Source: Verrucomicrobiota bacterium (GTDB taxonomy: Bacteria > Verrucomicrobiota > Verrucomicrobiia > Opitutales > Coraliomargaritaceae). Taken from it: 64,000 nucleotides of DNA. A program made the position numbers and the translations under genes. Every line of letters begins with the position of its first letter. The first letter of the stretch is position 1. The stretch lies in NCBI GenBank assembly GCA_030829145.1, contig JAURBE010000001.1:6246-70245 (forward strand), given 5' to 3'. The notes beneath the pieces were generated by a model, which did no database searches, was not told where the DNA came from, and worked only from the letters and a program-made list of their open reading frames with translations. Of this stretch, positions 17,258-26,950 are shown one piece after another.

Positions 17258-17922
17258 TGAATAAGCAAATTCACATTATGCTGGTGGAAGATCACGCCGG
17301 TTACCGCGAGACGATCGCCATCGCCCTAGAGCAGAGCGATAACATGCAGTTGGGCAGTCAGTTCGGCACAGCCGAAATCGCTCTACGTGCACTGCAAAAC
17401 ACTGCCTCGCCCAAACAGCCGGATGTCATTCTGCTCGATCTCAACCTCCCCGGCATGTCAGGGCTCGAAGCACTTCCGTGGATTAAAGGTTATGCCCCGA
17501 ACTCCGAGGTCATTATACTAACACAATCCGACAACGCCGCCGACGTCACCCGGGCGATCTCCGAAGGCGCGGCAGGTTATTTGCTCAAGTCCGCCACGTT
17601 TAAGGAAATCACTGAAGGCATCGAAACCGTGATGGAAGGCGGTGCGACACTCGACCCCGAGGTGGCCCGTTTTATCATCAATACCTTACGGAGCCAGCCC
17701 AAGCCGACTCCCCCGGAGAAAACACTGTCCGAGCGCGAAATGGAAGTCCTCGAACTCATCGGCCAAGGCTTGGCTAAAAAAGAAATTGCGAGCGAACTAA
17801 AGATTAGCGTAACCACGGTGGCCTACCACGTGCAACACGTTTACGAGAAACTCGAAGTCCCCAACGCACCAGCCGCCGTCGACCGCGCCCACCGCCTAGG
17901 GCTCTTCAAGCCGAATCGATAG
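17257..17922 (+). CDS. NarL/LuxR-family response regulator
   Basis: LVEDH, ILLDLNLPGMSG, GYLLK, LSEREMEVLELIGQG...EIASEL.IS..TV..H...VYEKL. Confidence 0.95.
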   Translation: MNKQIHIMLVEDHAGYRETIAIALEQSDNMQLGSQFGTAEIALRALQNTASPKQPDVILLDLNLPGMSGLEALPWIKGYAPNSEVIILTQSDNAADVTRAISEGAAGYLLKSATFKEITEGIETVMEGGATLDPEVARFIINTLRSQPKPTPPEKTLSEREMEVLELIGQGLAKKEIASELKISVTTVAYHVQHVYEKLEVPNAPAAVDRAHRLGLFKPNR

Positions 17923-17925
17923 CAC

Positions 17926-18062
17926 AGATCGAAACCGCTTCGCGGATTCCGCTACACTATCAGAACCACTCCCTCACTCGTAGCGGACTGGCGACGTGTC
18001 ATTTCGACCACACAACCTCGGCCACTGCATAGATCGAAACCGCTTCGCGGATTCCGCTACAC
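17926..18062. repeat. GTAG-type REP cluster between convergent genes
   Basis: Identical 32-bp direct repeats 17926-17957 and 18031-18062 (rc GTGTAGCGGAATCCGCGAAGCGGTTTCG), with an oppositely oriented degenerate GTAGCGGA copy at 17980. Confidence 0.8.
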
Positions 18063-18083
18063 CAGATGGCACGTTTCCCTCCA

Positions 18084-19973
18084 CTAATCTTCCACCGGCC
18101 GAGCCACAATCAAACGGGCGGAGCGTGGAGACAATTGCTGGACAGTATAAGAGGTCTCATGGCGACCGAGCGTTTCATCCGTCCAGAAGTCAGTCAACTC
18201 GGCTAGCTGGACTAGCGAGACCGAAAGATCGACGGTTTCGGTATCACTCCAATTGAAGAAGTAATAATACTGAGTGTCGCCAAGGTCAGTGATACCGGTT
18301 TCCAATTTGGTATTGGTAAACCGTGCACCCTGCCCCGTGGGATTGAGTAATTTTTTAAGAATCCCGAGTTCCTTCGCATGCAAATGCTCGGCCTTGTCCC
18401 CGCTCAAGATGAACCCACCCACTGCGTGGATCGAGGTGGCGTGAAACAGCCACTCGTTGTCCGTGACATCGCCTTTGATATTCCATGGGCTATCGGTGGT
18501 CAGGACGATACAATCCGGGTCCGAGTCCCACAGCGTTCCGTTTTGCCAGCAACGACTCAGATTTTGACGCGCCAGTGATTTAAACGACCACCATGCACGG
18601 CGAATATCACCACTGGTGCGCATTGCAGTCACTAGTCCAAAGGAAGGCCATATCGGCGCATTACAGCCCAGCACGACCGTCTCGTCATCACAACCGCGCA
18701 GCACGGCTGCCATGCCCTGCCGATACGCTTCGATACGCGAGGCATTCGGCTGATAATGGCGACCGCCTTGGAGCGCGCCCCAATAGTTGGCATCCAGTTT
18801 AAAATAGTTCACCCCCCACTCTTCGCGCATCGTGCGAAAGATGTTTTCAAAATGCTGCTGCACTTCCGGGTGCGTGCCGTCCAAGGCATACCACGGGCCA
18901 TAGCGCCAACCGCCAAACGAGACCGTGCTGGAATCGAGCGGCTCGCCGTGGGCATTCTTCACAAACCAATCCGGATGCTCGCGCAACACACGCGAATCCT
19001 TCTGCGCGATAAAGGGCGCCACCCAAATCGCAGGCTCAAACCCTTTTGCGCGAATATCGGCAATGGTCTGCTTGACGTCGCCATACTCTGGATTCGGGTC
19101 AAACCAATCGCCGAAAAAGGGCTGATACCCATCATCCAACTGAATGAATTTCAACTCGGGCACCTGCTCCTTAAAAATATCCAAATTGTCGCGGATAATT
19201 TCATCCGTCACATCCATACGGTAGCAATACCAAGAGCACCACCCCGTCGCCACCGGACTCACCTTACGTGGCGGATGATTGCGATTGATCCGCTGGGCCA
19301 GTTCATTAAACAAGTCGCCCTGGCGCTCACCGCTCAGCACAACAAACTCTTCGAGCGACCAACGCTCCCCCGGCTGCAACACCAGTCCTTCGGTATCCAT
19401 CGAGATCAACAGTTGCTGCGCATCAAAACTGATTCGACCGATAAAACGCTCGCACGCCGCGAAGCCTAGCAAAAGATTATCTGTATCCGTAAGATTGAGG
19501 TTCAACACGCCATAGGCAGTCGGCAGCCCCCTAAAGTCAGGAATCTTGTAGTGCTTTACGTCAGAGTTATTACCGATGTCTTCGCGCTGCCCCAAAGTGC
19601 CGCCATTTTGATACAGCATCTGAAACCCCTCACCGTAGATCGGCGTGTCCGGCGAAAACCCGTGCTCAGCCACTTCAAACAAAACGACACTTTTCAGTCG
19701 TAAGGGAGTGTCCCCCATATTCGTCACCGAGGCGCGGCAACGTGTGCCGTCCCAAACGCGCTCGACCTGAATTTGATCGGGTGCAATGACCTGCCCTTGA
19801 ACATCTTCAACCACCCAGTTCGACGCCTGTAGCACGGCAAGGAATCGCTGCCCCTGTTCGGAAGTGACCTTTGATTCCGGTTCCGGACCTAGTTTCGCAC
19901 AGCCTGACACACAAAACAATACAGCGGCACTAAGTAGCGCAGACCCTAGACTATTTTTTTTGTTAACCTTCAT
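18084..19973 (-). CDS. GH36 alpha-galactosidase-like lipoprotein
   Basis: VSGC lipobox-like; GWCSWY, IQLDDGYQ, YFKLD, MRTSGD, DPDC. Confidence 0.88.
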   Translation of the reverse strand: MKVNKKNSLGSALLSAAVLFCVSGCAKLGPEPESKVTSEQGQRFLAVLQASNWVVEDVQGQVIAPDQIQVERVWDGTRCRASVTNMGDTPLRLKSVVLFEVAEHGFSPDTPIYGEGFQMLYQNGGTLGQREDIGNNSDVKHYKIPDFRGLPTAYGVLNLNLTDTDNLLLGFAACERFIGRISFDAQQLLISMDTEGLVLQPGERWSLEEFVVLSGERQGDLFNELAQRINRNHPPRKVSPVATGWCSWYCYRMDVTDEIIRDNLDIFKEQVPELKFIQLDDGYQPFFGDWFDPNPEYGDVKQTIADIRAKGFEPAIWVAPFIAQKDSRVLREHPDWFVKNAHGEPLDSSTVSFGGWRYGPWYALDGTHPEVQQHFENIFRTMREEWGVNYFKLDANYWGALQGGRHYQPNASRIEAYRQGMAAVLRGCDDETVVLGCNAPIWPSFGLVTAMRTSGDIRRAWWSFKSLARQNLSRCWQNGTLWDSDPDCIVLTTDSPWNIKGDVTDNEWLFHATSIHAVGGFILSGDKAEHLHAKELGILKKLLNPTGQGARFTNTKLETGITDLGDTQYYYFFNWSDTETVDLSVSLVQLAELTDFWTDETLGRHETSYTVQQLSPRSARLIVARPVED

Positions 19974-20000
19974 TATATTTTTAATTTAGTCACCCATTCT

Positions 20001-20075
20001 GGAGGGCAATGCTCCGTCATTGCCGCCGAACCGAGGCCAAAACCAACGCACGGCAATGACGGAGCATTGCCCTCC
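20001..20075. repeat. GGAG-type REP doublet (REPIN-like)
   Basis: Perfect inverted pair of GGAGGGCAATGCTCCGTCATTGCC. Confidence 0.85.
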
Positions 20076-20096
20076 AAAAAATAAGCCCCGCCCCGC

Positions 20097-21566
20097 TCAT
20101 TCACACATCGGGTTCACCAATGTGCCATGCTGTTGCTTTGCGACATGGCCCTCCACTGGGATCAATGCCATATCAGCACCCGGCTCCAGCGTGAGCTTGA
20201 GCACCCGGTGCAAGCTGCGCTCTGTGGGTTTAAACGTGCGTCGTAGTGATCGCATCTTTGACTCGTGCAATCGAATGGTCAGTGCATCTGCATTCTGGGT
20301 AAAACTCACGGACTCACCGCCGAGCGCCTCACAGTGCAACACTTTCCGTGGTAGCGTGGGAAGCGAGAGCTGGCCATCGGCCCATTCAAACACGTGTAGG
20401 TAAATAACATTTCCCTTGTGGCATGCGCCCCCCCACTGCCCACTCACATAGGGCCCTGCGCGTGTGCCATAAATACTCTCACCATAGGTCTGCATCCATG
20501 GCTTCAACGCTTTCAAGTTAGCAAGCTCCTCCGAGCGCAGTTCGCCGCTGGGCATCGGGCCCACATTCAGCAGCATGTTCCCACCCCCCGTCACGCACGC
20601 TGCCAACATCTGCGCACACTTCTCAAAACTCGCAGTCACAGCCTCCGGGCGATACGACCAGCCACCGTGCCCATCCGGGCCCTTCGACATCGGCATGCAA
20701 GTCTCCCATGGGTAATCCACTCGAAAGTTACCGATCTTACCTTCGGGCGTTTCGTAGTCGCCCTTGGTCAATGCGAACAGCTCTGGGGTCGGCGTGCCCG
20801 CCTTGTGCCGAAACACAAACTTGGCGGCACGATTATTTACCAAAATCTGTGGCTGCAGCTCATAGATCATTTCAAACAACTCTTCGAAACGATAGTCCGA
20901 CCACTTGCCGGCAACATGGTCAAACCAGAGCACGTCGACTTGACCATAATTCGTCAGCAACTCGCGAATCTGACCGTGGTAGTAGTCGTTGTATTGACTG
21001 TTATCGCCCACCAGATAATCTGGATGCGACCAGTCACGCGTGGAGTAATACCAACCGAGCTTGAGCCCGTGCTTGTGCACCGCATCGGCCAGTTCTTTAC
21101 AGATATCGCGACCGTAAGGCGCGTTCATACTATTATAATCCGAGAGCTCTGTCGCCCAATTGGAAAATCCGTCATGATGCTTGGCCGTGAAGACGAGGTA
21201 TTTCATGCCTGCCGCTTTGGCGGTGCGCACCAACTGATCGGCATCGAAATCGACCGGATTAAATTGCTTGTAGAGGGCGTCATACTCGGCATCCGGCATC
21301 AACTCGAGCTTGCCCTGATGATCAAAGGGATGCGACGCACGCGCCCAGCCGATTTCGACGCTGGCAACACTCGAAGGGCCCCAGTGAATGAAGAGCCCAA
21401 ACTTATCATCCAACCACCAATCCATCTTCGCGGGGTGCGTCGCAACCTCAGAGAGTTCAGTCGCGTTTACCTGACTGCTCTTAGCCAAACAAGGACTCAC
21501 TCCGAAGGAGATACACAAGGCGATCAGAGCAAAGAGCGTATGGCTAAATTTCATACGACGCATCAT
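20097..21566 (-). CDS. GH29 alpha-L-fucosidase
   Basis: KFGLFIHWG, TAKHHDGF, LWFD, VNNR, NMLLNVGP, GESIYGTR. Confidence 0.95.
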   Translation of the reverse strand: MMRRMKFSHTLFALIALCISFGVSPCLAKSSQVNATELSEVATHPAKMDWWLDDKFGLFIHWGPSSVASVEIGWARASHPFDHQGKLELMPDAEYDALYKQFNPVDFDADQLVRTAKAAGMKYLVFTAKHHDGFSNWATELSDYNSMNAPYGRDICKELADAVHKHGLKLGWYYSTRDWSHPDYLVGDNSQYNDYYHGQIRELLTNYGQVDVLWFDHVAGKWSDYRFEELFEMIYELQPQILVNNRAAKFVFRHKAGTPTPELFALTKGDYETPEGKIGNFRVDYPWETCMPMSKGPDGHGGWSYRPEAVTASFEKCAQMLAACVTGGGNMLLNVGPMPSGELRSEELANLKALKPWMQTYGESIYGTRAGPYVSGQWGGACHKGNVIYLHVFEWADGQLSLPTLPRKVLHCEALGGESVSFTQNADALTIRLHESKMRSLRRTFKPTERSLHRVLKLTLEPGADMALIPVEGHVAKQQHGTLVNPMCE

Positions 21567-21585
21567 AGCAAACTACAATGGAGCC

Positions 21586-21609
21586 ACTACCCTCCATATG
21601 CAGGGTAGT
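21586..21609. promoter_or_regulatory. Palindromic operator copy 6 (perfect)
   Basis: ACTACCCT-CCATATGC-AGGGTAGT. Confidence 0.75.
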
Positions 21610-21661
21610 GGCTGAAAGAATCTAGATTTGCTACGCAGAGAAAACTGCGAGCAGTGTCAGA

Positions 21662-22036
21662 CTATTGAATTGTTAGCGCAAGCGACTGTGCGGTGCCCCA
21701 CTGGCGACCAGTGAGGTTGACCTGCCAAATGTCGTCGCCGAGGTCTTTGACCGAGACGATCTCACAGTTTTCAGAGCCTGCAGCTTTGAGGGCCTGCTTG
21801 CTGTAGAACGTCAGACTGCCCTCTTGCGCGCCGCCATCGCTGAGGTCGATCTCCACTGTAGATGCAGAGACGCGAATGTTGTCGATCTCTGTCGCACCAA
21901 TCGAAAGGTGCAAATTTGAACCGATCAAGATCGGCAGGCCTACTTGTGATTCCACAATCGGCGTAAAGCGTAAGAGACTGGAAGAGAGCGAATCCAAATC
22001 GGCAGTTGTGTAATGATCTTGAGCGTATCCAACCAA
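21662..22036 (-). pseudogene. Probable 3' remnant of a larger beta-rich (glycosidase-like) gene
   Basis: Protein-like composition (PILIGSNLHLSIGA) with no clear N-terminus; abuts another truncated gene. Confidence 0.45.
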
Positions 22037-22569
22037 CTGATTGCTCCATCACTGTGCCCACGGCAAAGTCATGGCTAAGCGTGCTGCAAGCCTCCTACAT
22101 TTGCTTCACACTCCAACCACATTCCAGCAACTTCAGAAAACGAATCGTTAAGACGCCAAAGCTCTACTTCTACGACGTTGGACTTGCCTGCCGGCTCCTC
22201 GGAATACAGGAGGAGAGCCAAATAAACACGCATCCTCTACGTGGCAGTTTATTCGAGAATATGGTCGTCACCGATCTGCTCAAAACAAGATTAAATCAAG
22301 GAATCGACCCTTCCATGTTTTTTTGGAGAGACAGTGCTGGACTTGAAATCGATCTAATTCTCGAGAATGGCAACCAGCTACAACCTATAGAAATCAAGTT
22401 AGGCGAAACATTTACCGCGTCTTGGCTGAATAATCTAAACAAGTGGTGTTCGCTTGCCGCCAACAGCACTCAACCAATGCTTTGCTATGGGGGTAGCTGG
22501 ACGGGACAGCGATCAGAAGTAAAAGTGTTACCATGGCACGAAGTCGTCCAAATGAATATCCGCCCTTAA
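22006..22569 (+). pseudogene. 5'-truncated AAA_14/DUF4143 ATP-binding protein
   Basis: KRIVKTPKLYFYDVGLA, GSLFEN.V, FWRD..GLEIDL, PIEIK; the Walker A half is missing. Confidence 0.85.
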
Positions 22570-22574
22570 CAGCA

Positions 22575-22613
22575 CAAAGAAACCCTTCTCGTTGCCGAGA
22601 AGGGCTCTTCTTT
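22575..22613. terminator. Bidirectional terminator-like hairpin
   Basis: AACCCTTCTCG-TTGC-CGAGAAGGGCT with T-rich flanks; near duplicate of 22761-22798. Confidence 0.7.
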
Positions 22614-22649
22614 GTAGCTGGGGCGACCCGCCGTCGCTCCATGAGTATT

Positions 22650-22761
22650 TGGTCGGGGCGACAGGATTGCTTCGCCTTCTCGCTGCGCTCGTCGAACCCG
22701 AGGTGCGGCTACCGCCGCATCGCCACTACGTGGCTCCTTTCGAATCCTGTCGCCCCGACCA
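22650..22761. repeat. tRNA-3'-end-derived inverted repeat element
   Basis: TGGTCGGGGCGACAGGATT at 22650 and TTCGAATCCTGTCGCCCCGACCA at 22739-22761 are both identical to the tRNA-Pro 3' end. Confidence 0.85.
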
Positions 22762-22798
22762 AAAAAAGCCCTCCTCGCAAGCGAGAAGGGCTTTTTTT
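22761..22798 (-). terminator. Terminator downstream of tRNA-Pro
   Basis: A-tract, GCCCTCCTCGC-AA-GCGAGAAGGGC, T-tract. Confidence 0.85.
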
Positions 22799-22875
22799 GG
22801 TCGGGGCGACAGGATTCGAACCTGCGACCCTCTGCTCCCAAAGCAGATGCGCTAGCCAGGCTGCGCCACGCCCCG
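22798..22875 (-). tRNA. tRNA-Pro (TGG)
   Basis: CGGGGCG...TCTGC-TTTGGGA-GCAGA...GGTTCGAATCC...CGCCCCG-A-CCA cloverleaf. Confidence 0.97.
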
Positions 22876-22996
22876 TTTCCAAAAGAAGACGACAAACCAT
22901 CACAAAATGACTGCCTGTCAATGCTGTTTCAAAAGATTTTTAATTAATTTTTGTTCGCCCTTTTTTGGATAGCCTACAATCCTCACGTTTTTTACA

Positions 22997-25854
22997 TGAG
23001 CGATCTACGTGTTTTATTAGTCCATATCTTTGCAGTCTTACGATTTGCGACTGTAGCCCTCACTTTATTGCTCTGTACAATGGCTTCAGCAGCGACACTT
23101 CAGCAGCAATTAGAACAGGCGGTGTCTGCCTTTAGCCAAGGCGATTACGAAGCCAGTTATTGGCAATTTGAAAGTATGGCGCTCGATTATGGCTCCGAAC
23201 CTGAGTTTCTGGCGCGTACATTCCAACAAACAATTCTGCCGGTTCGTGGCTATGCCGCTCTGATGGCAGATCGCCCCACAGATGCGCTAACTTACTTCGG
23301 AGAACTACTTCAAAACTACGATCCAAATCCACGACTACGAGCTTTCGTATTTTATAATACTGCGATTGCGCAAACTCGAACTCAGGCATTGGCTGCCGCA
23401 GCGGATACGTTTCGAGTGTTCCAACAATACTTCCCAAACTCCAACGAAGCGGCGCTGGCTCGACTACAGGAGGCCGACCTTCACTACCAAATGGGTGACA
23501 GCGCTAAGGCGAACAACTTATTGGAAGACTGCTACCAATCCACTGCTCCGGAATCGCTGCGCTTGCAGGCGCGCCTACGGGCATTGCAAATCGCTGAAGA
23601 AAACGGCTCAACCGAGCGGGCTCGCACTATCCTATTTAACTCTGAGTGGAACGTAGCGGCCATGCCTGAAATCGCGGTGCTTAGTTTTGCCGCGCTGGAT
23701 ATCGGCGATCTCCTGCTCAGTGAAGGGCATTATACTGATGCGGTGCGGGCGTACCGACTCACATTACCTCGCGCAGTGCTCATCGAACAGCAGCGCGCCC
23801 AACTCCGTAATGCGGAGATCGCTCTCAATCAACCATCGCTACTGACCTCCGAAATCTGGAAAAGCCACTGTCGGCAACTGATCGCACGCCTTCAGAGGCA
23901 ACTACTCATACTTGAAACTATGACTGACTACACACCCGGGCTCTACCTGCGCACCGGGCAAGCCTATCTGCTTGGTCAACGGTACCGCGAGGCGACGATT
24001 CTATTGCGCACAGTCGCACAATCAGAATCATTCGAAACCGACATCCGTGCGGAGGCCCACTACCGCTGGATCATTGCCTGTAGCGAAGCGGGAGATTGGC
24101 AAAATGCTCGTACGGTTGCTCAGCAATTCATCCTCACCTATCCATCACACACGCTCGCCAATCGTGCCCTTTTCCTGATCGCAAGAACGTTTCAGAGCGA
24201 AGGTCAATTCCTCGAAGCCATCGCCGTGCTCGATGATCTAATCGAGCACTTCCCTAATGATAAACACGTCCCACGCTGGTATTTCACTCGCGGCCATAAT
24301 TACAGCGCGCTGGAACAACAAGCCTCGGCACGCAATAATTTCGAAACCGCACTGCAGCGCTATCCAGATAGCAATCTCAGTGTGCAACTTAAACTGTGGC
24401 ACGGGCTGACTTTTTTCTTCGAACGTAACTACGACAGTGCACTTCAGGAATTACTCTCATTAAAAAAGAAAACGCATAAACACTCACTGTATCCAGAAAT
24501 CAACTATCGAATAGCAACGATCTATTACGCACAGCAGAACTACTCAGGCGCACTCAAGACTGTGGATCGGTTCATTAAAAAATTCCCAGATCACCACCGT
24601 TTCGCCGCAGCTCAAGTACTGCGGGGTGACATTTTTATGGGACTCGGTGAACTACCAACTGCAGCCACGGCTTTTCGCCAGGTCTCACCTGACAATGCTC
24701 CACTGTACGACTACGCAATCTTCCAAGCCGCTAAGATTTATAAAGCACTTGAGCGCTACGATTTACTACGCACTCACCTGCAGACTTATATTGATCGCAA
24801 CGATGCCAACCAACGTCCACGAGTCAGCGAAGCGCTCTATTGGATTGGCTGGTCACTTCAACAAGAACAACGTGGCGACCATGCGTTCCCTCTATTTGAA
24901 GACGCTCTCACCCGCTTTGGTAATGACCCCAAGGCGCGAGCGATTGGTTCTATTCTCTCAGCTTACGCGCAGCTTTATCAACGCGTAGGCAAGACTGATC
25001 GCACTCTGCCCGTATTTTGTGTCTGGCTGCAAGAAGCGAGTGAACAAAGCCTCTCCGAAGGGCGACTCACTTGGTTTGCACGACTCACCCTATTTAAGTC
25101 ACAACGTCAGCGTACAACCCACCGAAATGATCAAGCCGACGCCACACTACTCTCGATTCATCGTTTCGTGCCGATGGCTGAACAAGATGCTGAAACACTC
25201 GCCAGTGTCGGCCTCGCTCTTTTGCGAGGTGGCTACGACTCTGCAGACGACTACTGCGAACAACTTCTGATCGAATATCCGCAGCATTTTGAACGCGCCA
25301 CCGCATATTACGGTAAGGCGCAACTCGCGGCTAATGCGGATCATCTGACCGAAGCGCGACGCTGGTTATTGCGCTTTCTGGAAGAAACGCCGACCCATAG
25401 GCTGGCGATCGATGTGCGGTTGCTCACCGCTAATATCCTCACCCAACAAGGTATCTACGATGGTGCTCGCACCAGCCTGAATGAAATTCTACAAATTAAA
25501 ACCATGCGTGGACGGCCACATGCTCGCGCCCTAGCTGGTCTCGCTGGTATCGAAACTGAACTCGAAAATCCGAAGCGTGCAATTCCCTACTGGCAACGCA
25601 TTTACACACTCTACCGCGCCTACCCTGAAATCATTATCGATGCCTACTGGCAGAGTGCGCTGCTCTTTGAGCAAATCGGCGACGTTGTCGCAGCACGCAA
25701 TACCTTGTGTGAAATGCTCAGCGATGAACGACTCGAGGACTTCGAAGTGTTTACACTTGCACAAGCAAAACTCTCCAAACTGGACACTCTCGTAAAGGCG
25801 CAAAGTGAGCTCGCCATTCAAGCAACCCATGTCGCAACAGAAGTGCAACCATGA
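22997..25854 (+). CDS. Large secreted tetratricopeptide-repeat protein (start uncertain)
   Basis: Many TPR units with YP/FP turns; N-terminal hydrophobic segment. Confidence 0.85.
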
Positions 25855-26933
25855 GGCTAGTGAACTATTTTATGGAAGATACGAGCTCCGCCTCGTCCGC
25901 GGTGCGGAGGGAACGGGACGAGGCGACTGGGGCGGTCTTTACTCGCATAGCGTCTACGAATTCGGCGGACGAGACGGAGCTCGTCACTGCCACTAGTAAA
26001 CTTCTAATTATGCTCTGTCTCTGCTGCTTCACATTCACCGCCGAAGCCATCCCAGCCAACGACCTCGAAGTAATCTACGCAGAACTACACGAGCCCATTC
26101 TAGTACATTTATATAATGGCCAAACCATTCCAGGTCACTCAATCGATGTATCCGGTAATCAGATACAAATTGCCACTTCGGAGGGGGCAGGTGAAATCAT
26201 TCATACATTCAACGTCAACCAAGTCGATCGCTTCACTATCCCTGGAGACAGTTATAAAAACCTTGCGGTCGAATGGATTGAGCTAGGCAACAACGACCAT
26301 GCTATCCAGCTGATGGAAATGCTCTATTTGCAACGCGTCAAAATCCTACCACTCTTACCCGCCTTGGAGTCGCACTTTTTTATCTATTATGTGAGGTTGA
26401 TCTTAACCTCCGAAAATCCCGCGCGCGCCATCGCCATTTCCGAAGTACTGAAGCCTCAGATTAGTCACCCCAAAGCGCTTCAGGCACTCGACGATGCTAT
26501 TCTCGACAGCTACAATACGCTACAACTCTACGAGCAAACACGCACACTCACAAGTGTATGGCTAAAGGAACGCAACCCGTATGGCGATTCGGCACTCGGC
26601 TACTACACGCACAGTGCGGATCTGCTGCGGCGCGAAGATTTCGAAGGGGCACTTGAGAGTGCATTACAGCCCATTGTTTTTTCGACTCCCAATCCACCCG
26701 ATAAACTTACTGAGTGCTACGCATCTGCGATCTGTGCTGCACTGGGACTGCGGGATAAAGACTACGCGATTCTCCTTTATAATGAAATGCTGGAGCGCTC
26801 ATTCGAGTGGCCACAATCCGATCCAACCTACGAGCCCTACTTTAAGCAACTAAACAAGTATCTAGAGGAGGAGGCTCCCGCACAACCTCAACCAAGCACT
26901 GAGACTGACAAGCCCGATCGTCCGTTTCAATAA
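25851..26933 (+). CDS. Secreted hypothetical helical protein with a REP doublet in its 5' coding region
   Basis: ATGA overlap with the TPR gene; signal h-region LLIMLCLCCFTFTAEA follows the insertion. Confidence 0.75.
   Translation: MRLVNYFMEDTSSASSAVRRERDEATGAVFTRIASTNSADETELVTATSKLLIMLCLCCFTFTAEAIPANDLEVIYAELHEPILVHLYNGQTIPGHSIDVSGNQIQIATSEGAGEIIHTFNVNQVDRFTIPGDSYKNLAVEWIELGNNDHAIQLMEMLYLQRVKILPLLPALESHFFIYYVRLILTSENPARAIAISEVLKPQISHPKALQALDDAILDSYNTLQLYEQTRTLTSVWLKERNPYGDSALGYYTHSADLLRREDFEGALESALQPIVFSTPNPPDKLTECYASAICAALGLRDKDYAILLYNEMLERSFEWPQSDPTYEPYFKQLNKYLEEEAPAQPQPSTETDKPDRPFQ
25874..25991. repeat. GGAG-type REP doublet inside CDS
   Basis: ACGAGCTCCGCCTCGTCC ... GGACGAGACGGAGCTCGTC; same core as 63638-63661. 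Confidence 0.8.
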
Positions 26934-26950
26934 TCCCGAATAATCTTACT

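Noticed and set aside
17926-18062. Two identical 32-bp repeats as a mini-CRISPR
   Set aside because: Only two copies, a 73-bp spacer containing an inverted relative, GTAG-REP structure, and no cas genes.
20418-21608. 396-aa plus-strand ORF
   Set aside because: Antisense shadow of the GH29 gene.
1-22600. Complete integrative element or prophage at tRNA-Pro
   Set aside because: No integrase, phage genes or distal att site visible in the window; only described as an accessory region.
22650-22761. Second tRNA or intron-containing tRNA
   Set aside because: Only 3' portions are present; no D arm or anticodon arm.
22533-22921. Several short ORFs over the tRNA region
   Set aside because: They are translations of the tRNA, its repeats and terminators.
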